Positions 14,876 through 28,419 of a DNA stretch of 64,000 nucleotides are shown here, one piece after another. Position 1 is the stretch's first letter; each line of letters opens with the position of its first letter. Source of the stretch: the human T2T-CHM13v2.0 reference genome, Homo sapiens. The DNA lies in assembly GCF_009914755.1 (NCBI RefSeq), contig NC_060938.1. One strand, written 5' to 3'. The notes beneath the pieces are model-generated. The model did no database searches, was not told where the DNA came from, and saw only the letters and a list, made by a program, of their open reading frames with translations. The translations under genes and the position numbers were made by a program.

Positions 14876-16574
14876 TTGGTGAGTTTTCCTGGCAGATATA
14901 TGTGAATGGAACATGCAGAGATGTGGTAGAGAAGTGGGGAGAATTGCAGAATAAAGACAGACTGGGAAGCTGAGAGCCGTAACTACCGCAGCCTCTACTT
15001 ATTTTTTAAACTTGTAAGATCCAATCAAGTGTGGATGGTTGCCTTTTGGATAGGACCCTGGAGAAGGGACTTCTGTGCAGAATGGTTTGTTATGGAGAAT
15101 ACATTGTTAGCACCTTAAAGAAAGTAATATAAATGGGATAACAGAAATGATTTTATTATTTATGTGATTTTAATTTATTTTTAAAGTATCAATTTTTTTG
15201 CAAAGAGAATATATTCATGTATTGCTTATGTCATTGAAAATTAAAAATTTCTAGAGAGACTTTCAATGTGGAAATGTCTCTGCCATGAAGAACTCAGGGG
15301 TTGAAACTTGTGGATCTGAGAGAAGTCTGATAAAATCAGTGATTTAAAAAATGTTGGTCACTAAAATTGAAAGGTTTTAAAGGCAGAAACACTCCGATTC
15401 AAAGAAAGTATATGCTAATTATAAGTGATTCGTTTCTGGTAGATTATTTGAAAAGATTCTCTAAGACATATTGCCCCATTTCTCAACATCAACTATTACT
15501 GCATTTAAATGCTAACTCTTCTCTCTGGAAAGGATGTCTTAACAACATGAAAGCAACTAAACTTTGCTTTAAAATTCTATTATTCAGACTCCACATTAAT
15601 TTAAGCTGACACTCCTTCTCAATTGGGGCAAATCATCAAAGCTTTATTGTATTGAGAACCTTGAATTCAGCAACAAAGAGCGTGGGGTATGGAGGGAAAA
15701 CGTTGAGAGGGGAAGGGTGGAGAGCTCCCAAGGCCAAAAGAAGGGAGGGGCAGGGAGGAACACTGCAGGAAGGACAGCAGAGAGAAAGATGGACCATGGA
15801 GAGGCCAAGGGGAGAGCGGGGAGTTAGAAAAAGGCTGAGATAAGCAATGGGAGGCCTCCTCAGAGGGGCCTTACACTGTCAAACTGCCCCTGGAGCCTCT
15901 GCTCATTAACATGGTAGAAGCAAAACTAGCCTACAACTTTGTAGTCACAAATTTTTCTCCAGAGTTATGGATAAAAAGGGAGCTAGGAGATAGAGAAAGG
16001 GAAAACATTCCCTTTCTTCCTACATTTGGATGCCTCTCCAATGTCCTTCCTAAGGCACCCTGCCCAGTGGCCAGTGCCTGCCAGTAAGCCCACTCCACAG
16101 ACCCTGAGGCCTGGAGCCCCAGCCCTGGTCATGGATTAGTGCCTGGCCAAGTTGCACTCCAACCCCAGGCCCGCAGCCGCCCTTCCTCCTCCTTTCTGTT
16201 GTGATTGACTCTGAGATATATGATGTGGGATATACTAGGTGCAACGCATCATGTTCGTTATTGAGGCATAAGGTAAGGAAGGATCTTTTGAAATGTGAGG
16301 ACATCATCCACAAACTGTCACTGACCATTTACGATTTATAACTAGAATGTAATAAGATTTATAAGATGCACTTTAAAGCCTAAAAGAAAACTGAGTTTTT
16401 TCAACATGTAACAACATGTAATAAATATTAATTTCAAAAACCAAAGTAGCCCCAGTTGGTCTTTTCTCTACACCAAAACAATCCTCAAGGATGCATGAAA
16501 GCCCATGGACACTGTGGAGCAGACAGCTCCTAGTGTCCAGAAACCCGTCTTAGTCCAAGTGGGGGGGCACTGCA

Positions 16575-16730
16575 AGAATTCAGTCCCCAGCCTACCACCT
16601 TCCAGCTCTGGGCCCTCAGAGAATGCCCATAGCCTTCCCGAGTCCCAATTCCCCAGTTTGTAAAATGGGAATAGAAATAATCTGCCTAATCTTCATGCCA
16701 GGGGGCCTGTGAAGATGACAGGGTAGATAA
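16575..16730 (+). mobile_element. MIR
   Basis: ttccccagtttgtaaaatgggaatag core. Confidence 0.55.
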
Positions 16731-16789
16731 ATGATTGGTTTTCCAACCTTCATGGAAGGCCTAAGCCTGAGTCTATGACCTCCTCTCCA

Positions 16790-17390
16790 GTTTTAAGACA
16801 TAAATCAGATCATGCCATTCGTCTGCTCAAAACTCTCAAGTAACGCTTTTTCACTCAGAGTGAAAGTGGAGTCCTTCCACAGGCCTAGAAAGCCCCACCG
16901 ATTCCAGCGGCACCTGCTTCTTCGCCTCTCACAGCTCCTCGCTTGCTCACCTGTTGCAGCCACACTGCCTCCTAGCTGAACCCTCTCACAGGCAGGCTTT
17001 CACCTTAGAGCCTTTGCACTTCTGAACCCTTGCTGGAACCCTTTTCTCCAGAGTACCATAGCTGACTCCCTCACCTCCTTTCCTCACATAATGGATGACT
17101 CCCTCACCTTTAAGTTTTTGCTAAAATATCACCTTCTCTATGAGACTGACCCACTTAAAATTGCAACCCGCTCTGCTTACCCCCATCCTGCTCTACTTAT
17201 ATTTTCCCAAAGTACTTATCGCTATACAAGGTAATAAATAATCAATAGCTCACAATGTTTACCCTTCATTCTGTGTCTTCTCTGCTACCATATAAGCCCT
17301 GGAGGGCAGCCGTCTTTGATTTATTCATTTTTTTCTTAAGCACCTAGAGCAGTGTCAGGTATATTAATGACCTGCAATAAATAGGTTGGA
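16790..17390 (+). mobile_element. L2a 3' portion
   Basis: aaatcagatcatgccattcgtctgctcaaaactctc...cacctagagcagtgtcagg...caataaata. Confidence 0.75.
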
Positions 17391-17569
17391 TCTTTCTTAG
17401 AAGTCCAGGATATAACATCAATAAAAGAAGGGCTGCTACAACTGAAGGGATTTGTGGGCTCAAAATCCCTCCTGCTATCTCTCTACGAGCAAGTGCAAAA
17501 ACTGCTGACATTTGTTCTTGTGTGTGAAACCAGTTTTGAAGTTACAAATTGCTACTTGATGTCAGGTCC

Positions 17570-17920
17570 AAGGGCCTACACAATAGCTTGCACATAGCAG
17601 GTGCCTAGTGGTACAGATTATAAGGGGAAGGGAAGTAACATTTGTTGAGCAGCTACCAAATGATAGGCAGTGTCTGTGCCTAGTGAACTATAGAAGTGAT
17701 TTCATGAAACTGTCAACCCTTCTACCATTGTCTCTCCAGGACCTCATACCAAGCCTGGCATGTATTAAGTACTCAGTAAATGCCTGCTTATTTCCCTAAC
17801 AACCCTCTGAGGCAAGTACCATTATCCCCATCTTGGAAGGGCCCAAGATTCAGATTTAGATAGCTTGCTTAATGTCATACAGCTCGTGATCAGAGCCAGG
17901 ATTTAAATTCTTCTCAGACA
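17570..17920. mobile_element. Cluster of L2 ends and MIR fragments
   Basis: gcacatagcaggtgc; gcctggcatgtattaagtactcagtaaatg; aacaaccctctgaggcaagtaccattatccccat. Confidence 0.55.
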
Positions 17921-18938
17921 AGCTGCAGCCTCTCTGATCCTTTGAGAGAATGTACATTAGCATCCCTCCGAGCTTCCCTGAAGCAGAGCTGTCTCCCAGC
18001 GACACCGGAGATGAGGGGAGGGGTCTCTTTCTCCACCTGGACTCACTTCCTCCCTTTGTGCATTTGGCTCACCTGGAGGGGTCCCCTGCTACCTTTTGAT
18101 TAATGGGTCTGCCCTTCCCATCCCCCCGGCCGAATGACCCCAGAGTTAGCTGCAGTTCATCTTGAATCATAAATCAAGTTCTCAAAGACATTGCAGCTTT
18201 GTGCTCAAAATCTCACTAGAATTCACATTCTTTGTGAAAGGCATTTGCTTATGAGTAGAATGATGGATTCATCAAGTCTCTCCTTTTAAGAAAAATCTGG
18301 ATGGTATCTGCTGGTTTCTCCCTGCTCCCTCCAAGAAAAAAACAGCCCTAGTTACTCAATTTCATGTAGTTAGAATTCCCCCAAGGACCTCATACTCAGC
18401 TTCCACCCTGGCCATACTAAAGAAGAGCCCCAATCATGTTGCCATTTTACATAGATAGAAATCATTTGCAACTTGCACATTTGTTGTGCTTTCCATATAC
18501 CCACGATTAGCTCGGATTTTATTTTTTAGCCATTGCTGAAGTGTCACGCGTCAGCTATTTACACTGTATGGGGACAAAACAACCTAATGTATGTCCCAGA
18601 CCTATTTTATAGAAGCCGAGAGGCAGCCTCTGAGTCTCCGGTTCCCAGAACTCTAGCCCTGGGAGAAAGCATATCCATAAATCTCCCAATGCTTTATGCC
18701 AGGTTAGAATTTCTCTTGGGAATTTTGGAGTTTGTATAAGAGTTGCCTCTAAAGGCAATTGATGAACTATAGATGTCAGGCGGGTTTTCATTTTCTGTGT
18801 GCTTTTTATTTCATCTAGAACCAACAGTGGCCTTTAGAATTGGATTCTTTTCAGAGACTCTCTCTATAGGTTTCATGTTCAAAGGCTCCAGGTTGGAGGA
18901 GCTCGAGGTTCAGCTGAGTGTCAGAAATGACCAATTCT

Positions 18939-19437
<499 letters not shown>

Positions 19438-20873
19438 ACAAGGCTATCTCTGAAAGACGGTGAACTGGGGCAGCACCACTAAGTTTCACCATCAGTGAGG
19501 CGTCAGTCTAGATGGGCACTTTCTTTCCACTGTAAGCTGCTTCCTATTCTTGTTGCCTTTGATGATCTTTGTTTGCCTTCAAGTCGGGTTTGTTACATTT
19601 GTTTTCATCTCCAATTCCTGCCATATAAAAATGAGGGCAGTGAGAAAGAGAAAGGAAATACTGAAATTTTCCCTCGGACTATAGCCTCCCAAGAAGGGTC
19701 GTGTTCTCTGGAATGACTTTTAACTCTTTATCCAGTTAATGATCGGGAAAGTTTACTAGATGTAGGTTCCCAAGCCCAGCAAGCAGAGTATGTGATAAGA
19801 GATAGAAACAGGGACAGAAAAAAATGGATCCATCAGGACCCAGACATTGGGGTGCAACCAGTGGGTCTTCTCCAGCTCCACAGCGCATCAGTTCTGACTC
19901 GCTTGTAGATTCCTGAGTACTGCTCATCTGCCCTACAAGGCATAGTGGGTTTTCTCTGATTTCTAGAAATGTCAGCATTCTCTGCAAGGTGAACGGCCAG
20001 AGTCGGGATCTTCTATTCAGGCAGAGATTATATAACTCCCTGGGCCCTGGAAGAGCATGACTGTCTACCAGGAACCATCCAGAGAGGCTGTCAGATGAAT
20101 CAGCATCTGTTCATGCCCTGCCTTGCTTCTCCTGGGCATGACTGCCTCACATGCCAACACCCAGGCTTACAGGTCAACTATTCCAACCCTGCATCCTGCC
20201 CACCCCACTTGCTGGGGAGTGCTCTCTACAGCTCTCAGTGCATCCTGTTTGTTCAGACCCCTTTGTCTTCCACTGGCGCAACCGAGAGAGGATTCCTCCG
20301 AGCCCCTTTGCTTTTGGCTTTGAAATCAGATCCTGGCACACCTGATTATACTCAATAGCTGGAAATGGTAAGGATGTCCGATGGCAGAGAGCTCTTGTTT
20401 TAAGTTCTGCATGCCAGGAAGGCAGGGGGCTGGGTCTCCTTCTCAGGGCTAGGCTGGAGGGGCAGGATGCTCTAGCGGAGGAAGCAGTGTTAACTTGAAG
20501 GGAAACGCAGTTGAAAAGGAACTCGAAGCACGGGCTGCCAAGCGCGTAGAAGTGGTAACTGACGACACACTGTGGGGCTCAGACCCCTTCCTCTCTGCTC
20601 ATATGCCCCTAGATGGGAAACATTCAGTTCCTGCTCAAGGGAACCAGGAGAATCAAACCTGTCTGTCCTGCTTTTTCTGTAGAAGTGTCAGCTCTGAGGC
20701 CTTGACTAGGTGGAATAAATAGTGACTTACCTCTTAACCACAGTGAAAAACCCATCAAGCATTTGGATATTAAGGGCTGCCCCTGTGTTCTCAAGGGACC
20801 CTCAGCCTCAGACACTGCCTCCTTTCAAGCAAAGATGCTGCCCTAACACGCAAGTCCAGTGGCTTTAAGAGTC

Positions 20874-21020
20874 ATTATGAAAATTTCACACAAAAAGGCA
20901 CAAAGAGCATCCATGTACCGAAACCCAGCTTAAGAAATGAAATGTTACTGATGCAATTAAAGCCGCCTTTGTCCTTTTGGTCCCATCCTTCCATCCTGCC
21001 TTCCCCCAGCAGTAACCACT
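20874..21020 (-). mobile_element. L1ME 3' end fragment
   Basis: catccatgtacc...acccagcttaagaaat...gtaaccact. Confidence 0.5.
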
Positions 21021-21650
21021 CAGTCATTGACAAACAGTGTGTCAAACATGCACAAACGGTGATGTGTCCATCCCTCTTTGGAATTACTTAACCTTTTTGA
21101 ACCTCAGTGTATTCATCGGTAAAAGGGGGCTACTGACAGGATGAAGGAAAATGATTTATGACAAATATTTGGCTGTTGTTCCTATAAAAAGGAAAAAGTC
21201 ACCGGAAAAAATGGGTCAAATGTAAGACCCTTTCCAGCCTGGCCCCAACTTGCCCCGGCAGCCTCCTCTCCTCTTGTAGCCATATTCCCTCCTCTCCTCT
21301 CTGCAGCAGTGTTCCCCAGATATGCCACCTGTGTCCATGCCTCTGGGCCAATGTGGATGCTGTGCTTACTTGCCTGTAATGCTGGTCTCCTGTCACCATC
21401 TTCCTTTAACACTGGGGTCCACTGTCCCCACCTCTGACAGGGCCCAGATGCAGTGACTCCTTGGTGCTCCCATGGCCTGATACCTCTGTCTGAGCACTTG
21501 CCGTATGGCTGTGATGTTCCTGGTATGTCTGCCTGGCTTTTTCACTGAGCTGCTTATGCAGCAAGGCAGGGATGGGGTCTTCTCCATCCAGTGGCCTGGC
21601 CTATTGCCTTCTGGCGCATGGCAGGACCATATGCAGTGAATGAATGAATT

Positions 21651-21754
21651 CCATTAAGAACATTCGTGATTCATAGGAGGAGGTCAAAATATCAACATTA
21701 ACAGGAGCTTGGAAGAAGCTGATTTCCACCCTCATGAATGACTTCAAGGGTTCA
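21651..21754 (+). mobile_element. Isolated internal fragment of the Tigger1 transposase gene
   Basis: ccattaagaacattcgtgattcataggaggaggtcaaaatatcaacattaacaggagcttggaagaag reads IKNIRDS*EEVKISTLTGAWKKL, as in Tigger1. Confidence 0.85.
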
Positions 21755-22068
21755 GGTGCATGAGTAAATGACAGTTCCATCAACAGACTACAACTTTCTG
21801 CCCTAGTTAACACAGGGCATCTCCATGTCCCCAGTTCTCCCTATGGGCATTTTTCTCTTTGAAATTCCAAATCTTTTCTGTTCTAGAAGCACGAAACTAC
21901 AAGTTCTCTCTCAACTCTTCAAATGAGGTTGGAACAAACAGAATGGGGGCATGAACTTTTTTCCCCATAACTTTAATAAACAACAGTTTTAGCCTCAGTA
22001 GGCTTTATGCAAGCCTTCAACATCTTTTTCTAGGTATCTTGACACTCATGTTCTTTTTCTTCTTGCAG

Positions 22069-22085
22069 CCTATGGAAATTCCTAG
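22069..22085 (+). CDS. RAD51B: RAD51B second alternative last exon, coding part (AYGNS*)
   Basis: Acceptor ttctttttcttcttgcAG (AG at 22067-22068), then CC TAT GGA AAT TCC TAG. Confidence 0.92.
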
Positions 22086-22730
22086 AGACAGATAAATGTG
22101 CAAACCTGTTCATCTTGCCAAGAAAAATCCGCTTTTCTGCCACAGAAACAAAATATTGGGAAAGAGTCTTGTGGTGAAACACCCATCGTTCTCTGCTAAA
22201 ACATTTGGTTGCTACTGTGTAGACTCAGCTTAAGTCATGGAATTCTAGAGGATGTATCTCACAAGTAGGATCAAGAACAAGCCCAACAGTAATCTGCATC
22301 ATAAGCTGATTTGATACCATGGCACTGACAATGGGCACTGATTTGATACCATGGCACTGACAATGGGCACACAGGGAACAGGAAATGGGAATGAGAGCAA
22401 GGGTTGGGTTGTGTTCGTGGAACACATAGGTTTTTTTTTTTTAACTTTCTCTTTCTAAAATATTTCATTTTGATGGAGGTGAAATTTATATAAGATGAAA
22501 TTAACCATTTTAAAGTAAACAATTCCGTGGCAACTAGATATCATGATGTGCAACCAGCATCTCTGTCTAGTTCCAAATATTTTCATCACCCCAAAAGCAA
22601 GACCCATAACCATTATGCAAGTGTTCCTATTTCCCCCTCCTCCCAGCTCCTGGAAACCCACCAATCTACTTTGTTGCTATGGCTTTACCTATTCTGGATA
22701 TTTCATATAAATGGAATCATATAGTGTCTG
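22086..22730 (+). other. RAD51B: 3' UTR of the AYGNS isoform (end uncertain; probably runs into the antisense L1)
   Basis: Follows the stop. I saw no canonical AATAAA nearby, only variants AGTAAA (~22513) and TATAAA (~22706). Confidence 0.45.
22306..22370 (+). repeat. Perfect 32-bp tandem duplication
   Basis: ctgatttgataccatggcactgacaatgggca at 22306-22337 and 22338-22369. Confidence 0.97.
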
Positions 22731-23086
22731 TCTTCTTTCACTAGTATGTTTTCAAGTCTCCTCCATGGTGTAGCGTGCATCAGTACTTCATTCTTTTTAT
22801 GGCTGAATAATATTGCATTGTCAGGATATACTGCATTTTGTTCATTCATTCATCCGTCAGTGGTCATTTGGGCTGGTTCCACCCTTCAACTATTGTGAAT
22901 ATTGTACTGCTATGAACTTGCATACACATGTATTTATTTGAATACCTATTTTCAATTTTTTAAGGTATGTACCTAGGAGTGGATTTACTTGACATATGGT
23001 GATTCTATGTTTAACTTTTTGAAGAACTGCAATACTATTCTCCACATGGCTGAATCATTTTGTATTTCCATCAGCAATGTATGAGC
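22460..23086 (-). mobile_element. L1MB 3' end
   Basis: aaattaaccattttaaagt...ttccaaatattttcatcaccccaaaa...tttcatataaatggaatcata...acctaggagtgga. Confidence 0.85.
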
Positions 23087-24443
23087 ACAGGTCAGATTTT
23101 TTGGGAGTCACATTTTAAAGTGGCACAAGACCCTTCTAGAGGGCTCTGTTCCATGCACACAAAACTCATAGTCTCCACGTGAAGACACAAATTTTTCACA
23201 AACATGCAGGCAGAGAAAGGAGAGAAAGTGGACCCTCAGCAGACAAGTTGAAAGATGGTTCAGAGAAGCAGTGGACTTCACCCATCATCTTGCTGTGCTC
23301 TCCATAGCTAAGCAAGGGGCAGACTGGAGATTCCACTGGCTACTTTGTCTTATTTTCACTTCTTTCCAGTTAGTCCCCACTACTCTACCCTTTCCACAGG
23401 ACTGTAGGGTTACGGTGACTTTCCTACCCCTAGCCAGGTTCCAGTGGTGGGGGACTCTGTGAATATAGGATCTAGTGTTCAGAGCTCCCAGATTTGTGCA
23501 GACTGAACTCTACACATGCTACTTGTCAACATCTGTGAGCCAGAAATAGGAGGAACACCTTTAAAAAGAAACCTACAAACACAAAGTTATTCATAGATGC
23601 TCTTGAAGGGCAAAGCAGGGCCACCACCAGAGCCCCATGCAATTAGACTCATCAGAGGGAAAGGGCATAACACTGGCTTTTTTCTTAAAACCACCTGGAA
23701 GGAGCTGAGACGTATACTAAATGTATATAGAAGTATTATTTGATTGGAAGAAACAAAAAATGCATTGTATTATAATCTGTCTTCCCTTGCCGTCTGGTAG
23801 CTTAACTGTCAGCAATTTTGGAGGAAAGCCCTTCCCAGCAGGGGACTGGGAACCCCTGGGCAATGTCTTTCCTATGACACATGGATCTCTATGGTTGAAT
23901 AAGGGGCTGAAGGAGGAAATAGACAACAGGGGTCAGAGAGCAAGGCTAGAGGAGGCCTTTGAGAAAAGAGAGTTGTGCCCCCTTTTCAGTGAGTGTGGGG
24001 CCTCTGGAGGTTGGCAAGAAGAGGAGAAGGTGAAGGGTTTCAGCACTGAGAGAATGATGTTTCTGGTGGGGCTTTGCCAGAAGGGGGCTCATCACATGTG
24101 AGTTTTTGCACTCGTAAGCCTAAGGGGCACAATGGGTTTTGAAATCCCAACATATCCAACTAAGAACAGGAAGCCCTGGGACTCAGCACAGACTTGAGTC
24201 CCCCATTGGATGCAATGTTTCTTACTAAGCGGAAAGAACTTGTTTTCACTCCCTGCCAATGAGTAAAGAATGAAGAGCTAGATTTTTCTTTGAAGGTGGT
24301 GGATCATGACCCCTCCTTGAGACTAAGCAAAGAAGCACTGATGTTACCATGGAGAGGAGTGAGCCCCTCACCCACCCCAGGTGAGAGGTCTTATCCTGAC
24401 TTTTTAGTCATAATCCAATGTGATATTTTGCAGGGTTAGTGGA

Positions 24444-24896
24444 TGCAGTAGGTTAAATGGTGGCTCCCAAAAAGATACGTCCATGTCCTTACCCCCAGAA
24501 CGTGTAAATATGGCCTGATTTGTATAAACGGTCTTTGCAGAGGTAATTAAGGATGTTGAGATGAGATCATCCTGAACTACCCAGGTGGGCCCTAAATCTA
24601 ATGACAAGCATCCTGATAAGAGACACAGAGGAGGACAGTCACAAAGAGGAGGAGGCAGTGTGACTACGGAGGCAGAGACTGGAGTTAAGCAGCCCCAAGC
24701 CAAGGAACACCTGGAGCCACCGGAATCTGGAAGAGGCGAGGAAGAGGTCTCCCCAAGAGCCTTCAGAGGGAGCCTGGCCCTGCAGACACCTTGATGTGGG
24801 GCTTCTGGCTGCCAGGACTATAGAGAATACATTTCTGTGGTTTTAGGCCACTCTGTTTGTGACACTTTGTTGCTGCAGCCCTAGAAAACTAATGCA
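24444..24896 (+). mobile_element. MaLR solo LTR MLT1C
   Basis: tggctcccaaaaagatacgtccatgtcc...gatcatcctgaactacccaggtgggccctaaatc...gaaaactaatgca. Confidence 0.85.
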
Positions 24897-25149
24897 GTCA
24901 GGTTGCCCAGAGAGATGAAATGACTGGAGAGAGAGAGAATCTGGTCGTCTAGAAAACTGAGTTCAGCCCCTGGACTTGCTGCTGGGGTCTGAGGTGAACT
25001 TTCCTAAACGTTGTGCTGTGGAGTCTCTTCCCTCTTGCGTTCCTCATACATTAACTTCTCATGGCAGAGATCGGAGCTCATGGTTCACCTGAGGACACTA
25101 CTAAGGACCAAGGAAGTTCAATCAGATCCTCACATCTATTTGAAATAGT

Positions 25150-25378
25150 GGTAGTAATAATGACCACACTCTATAGAATGTTTAACATGTGCTAGGTATG
25201 TCACATACATTATCCCATTTAATCCTCGAAACAATCCTACATGGTTGCTATTCTCATCCCCATCTTACAGATGAGGAAACTGAGGCTCTGGGAGGTAATG
25301 GAATCTGCTCAAGGTCATTTGGCAAATGCTGGTGGAGCCAGACCTTGGCCCCAGGTTTGCCTGTGCTTAAGCCACAGT
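25150..25378 (-). mobile_element. MIR
   Basis: atttaatcctc...ccccatcttacagatgaggaaactgaggc. Confidence 0.8.
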
Positions 25379-28300
25379 ATTACAGAAGGCTCAAGACCCA
25401 CAGAGATGGTCGGGCCAGCAGCCCGTAGCACCCAGCTGTCAGATGAGAAAGGATTTATTTATTGATGTATGTATTTTACTAGCAGCACTGGCATTAGAGT
25501 TTCTTTGTCAGTGAGGGTTGGAGTGATGGGTTGATTGAAATGAAGGTTGCTGAGATGACCTGGTGGGTCCTGCTAACAGCAGATGGATGTCAAAACATTT
25601 GCATTCAGGGAGAGATAAAGTCAAAACTGGGACAAATCAACTTTCTCTCAGCTCCAGGGCTCTAAGGTCCTTTCTTCGCTCTCAGCCTTGTTGGGAAAAG
25701 AGAAGAACCCCCTGCCACATGGTCTCTCTGGTGTGAGAAGCTGACAGTCCACTGCTGAGCTTTCCCTGCTTTGCCACAAATAGAGGCACCTCCCCACACA
25801 ACTCCCTCTCCTGCTGGAATGGGAAGAGAGGACACTGGCTGTTAAGAAGAGCTCTGGGGATCTCCTGTCCTGGGGCAAACTCAGTTTCTGGAGTCCCCTC
25901 TTATAGGGCTAAACCCAGGTGGGCTCTGACTGTTTGGGGTCCCTGTGCCTCTCACAGTCATGTTTTCAGAGTTTTGGGAGATCTGGGCTGGTTTCCCTCT
26001 TGCCATGGTTCATGCTGGGGTGTGGCCAACATGGCAGCATCTCCCCTGCCCTCCCAGATTTCAGGTTGGAGGGAGTTCGGCTTCAGAGAGACAATCCACA
26101 GGCCTGCAGATTTCCTCCCATGCAGACCTCAGTGCAAGATAAAGTCAGGCAAGGCTGTGCCACAGCACAACAGCATAATAAATCCCCCTCTGGCCTCCTC
26201 CCAGACTTATTGTTCTATTGCAGTTGTTTTGAATATGATCAAAAGGAAGGAAGAGACTATGCTATCAGACTGAGGAAGAAGGATGCTCTCCTGACCGCTC
26301 CTGTTGCCCTTGGCCACCTTATTTTAAATATGAGGAAACCAAAGGGCAACGTGCAGCCTAACCCCATCCACATCATGAGGAGTGATGAGCTGCAGCCAAG
26401 GCCCCATGGAGCTTTGGTGAGGCAGCAACCCCTGTGCAAACTCGCTGACAGCTACCTTAGATGTCCAGCCCTGTCCTTTTACACACCATGGGGGGCTGGA
26501 AGGCCCAAGCACAGGGTCAGCAGCACTTTGAGGCTGGAGCCGGAAGTAGGCCCTGGAGCAGCTGAGGTAGCTGATGTTAACCCCTTGGACTGAGAACTAA
26601 GGCTGTAAGGCCACAACCGTTGGAAATAATGGGCCAGAACAGGAACTGCCCAAGCTCAGCTGGCCCGGTGCCCACTTCTCAAGATAGTGAATGGCTCAAG
26701 TTCTTTGGAAATGTTGTCAATGTCAGGGCTTTGGCCTTGCCTATGTGCAGCCCAGGTTCAGGCACAGGCATGGGGTGGGGTGTGACATCGGCCACCACTG
26801 CTGGATTCCTGCAAGGAACTAGAGCAGAAAGCAGCGACTTGCCTTAGCCTTCAAAGGTAGAAAGGGCGGAGCCGAGTGTTCCTCTTCACAGACTTGCAGG
26901 CTCACACAGTCCTCTGCCCTGCCCAATGCCCAGATGCTGATTCGCCAGGTGCCTGGCTGCCACAGCCCGGTCACCTTTATCTGGGCTGGAAGGCCACGTC
27001 TGAGCCATCAAAGGAGCCTCAATGGGAGGGGACGTCAATGTGCTTCCTCAACCAGAAAGGTGGTTTGAGTTTGGCCAAAGCAGCCCAACCAAATAAGTAA
27101 AAGCCTGTCAATGGAAAGATGGGGGCTGCTGGGAGATCACACGACAACAGAATGAGAACCATTATCAGTCTCATCCCAGCCTGAAGGAGGGAGAGCCTTT
27201 GAAGCCACAGACAGGCTGAACAGAACTTTCCACCTGAGAGACGCTGGAGATGGGAGGTCAGGCTGCACTCAGCCCCTACGAAAACTGATCAAAGCCTGCT
27301 GCAGAAGGGAGGGGGGCGCACAGCTGCAGTTCCGACTCCCCCCACGGGCCGCCCGGGACTTTCTGAAGGCAACAGGGCTGCCTTTGCAGGGGCCTGTGGG
27401 AAAACCCAACACAGATGCACATTGCAGCCAAACCCCCAAGCACTGCTGGGAGAGGGAAAAATAAACCCCTCAATAGTCCTGAAAAGAAAAGGGAGGGAAT
27501 CAAAGCACACAAAAAATGCAAAGACCACCCACCTGATGAGTGCCTACCTTTCGGAAACAAATAACTCCTGGCTTCCAAGGCGCACTTCTAAAAGAACAGA
27601 CGGACTGAACACTGCCTCAAAGCTGCATGCACCAGGGGATTTGTGGGAAGCTGTGGCCCCTTCTAAGCATCGGAAGCTTAATTTAAAGTGTGTTGGCCTC
27701 TGCGGTGCCTATTCAAGGGCTCCCTTGCATCCGCTGTCCTCCCTGGGAACCTGGGAGACAAGAATCCTCATTTAGAAAAGGACAGGATCCTGTGTGGACT
27801 CCTTTATCGTGGTTCTCTCAGACAGGACAGCCATATCTGCCAGGGAACATTCTAGGGGGCATCTTTCAGGCTAGATCCAGGGTGATGTGGGCCCCTGCGA
27901 GGGCATCTTGGAAGGCTGTGTTGGTTCTGCCTGGACTGGTCCCTCTGGGACAGCCTCAGCCTACCCTGCCTGGCCTCACCCCTCCTCCCTCTGACCTGAA
28001 GCTCCTTTGGAGGACTGACACTTCATGGAGCCTGCAGTTTGATCTTTTCTGAAGTGGAGACAACAAAGCAAAGCCACTTCCACTGTGTGCTCTCTCAAAA
28101 GAATAGGAAAGCTCTTCTCTCCTCCTTGGGAATGGATTTGGAGGGAGGGTGGAGGGCGTAATGATGGGGAGGCCTTGGAGGTATTTTGGTGGAGGAGGGT
28201 GTGTGTGGAGGAAATGAGCCGCCCAGGAGCATGGGAGAAATTGACATGAGAACATTTCAGAAGCACTGGTTTAACCGGCTGACATTCTTTCCAAAATGGA

Positions 28301-28419
28301 TGGACAAGCCTTTAGGAGTAGACAGAGGGCCTCAGGGAGGAGAAACAGAGCTGAGGAGGAGGCATCTCCCTTCCCCCTCCTCCAGAGGCTGATGCTACAG
28401 AGAAGGCGGCAAGGCCTCA

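Noticed and set aside
22306-22370. 32-bp repeat as CRISPR-like
   Set aside because: Two adjacent copies with no spacer, in eukaryotic DNA.
25919-26593. 224-aa ORF, the longest in the window
   Set aside because: GTG start, no recognisable domain, composition typical of random GC-rich sequence.
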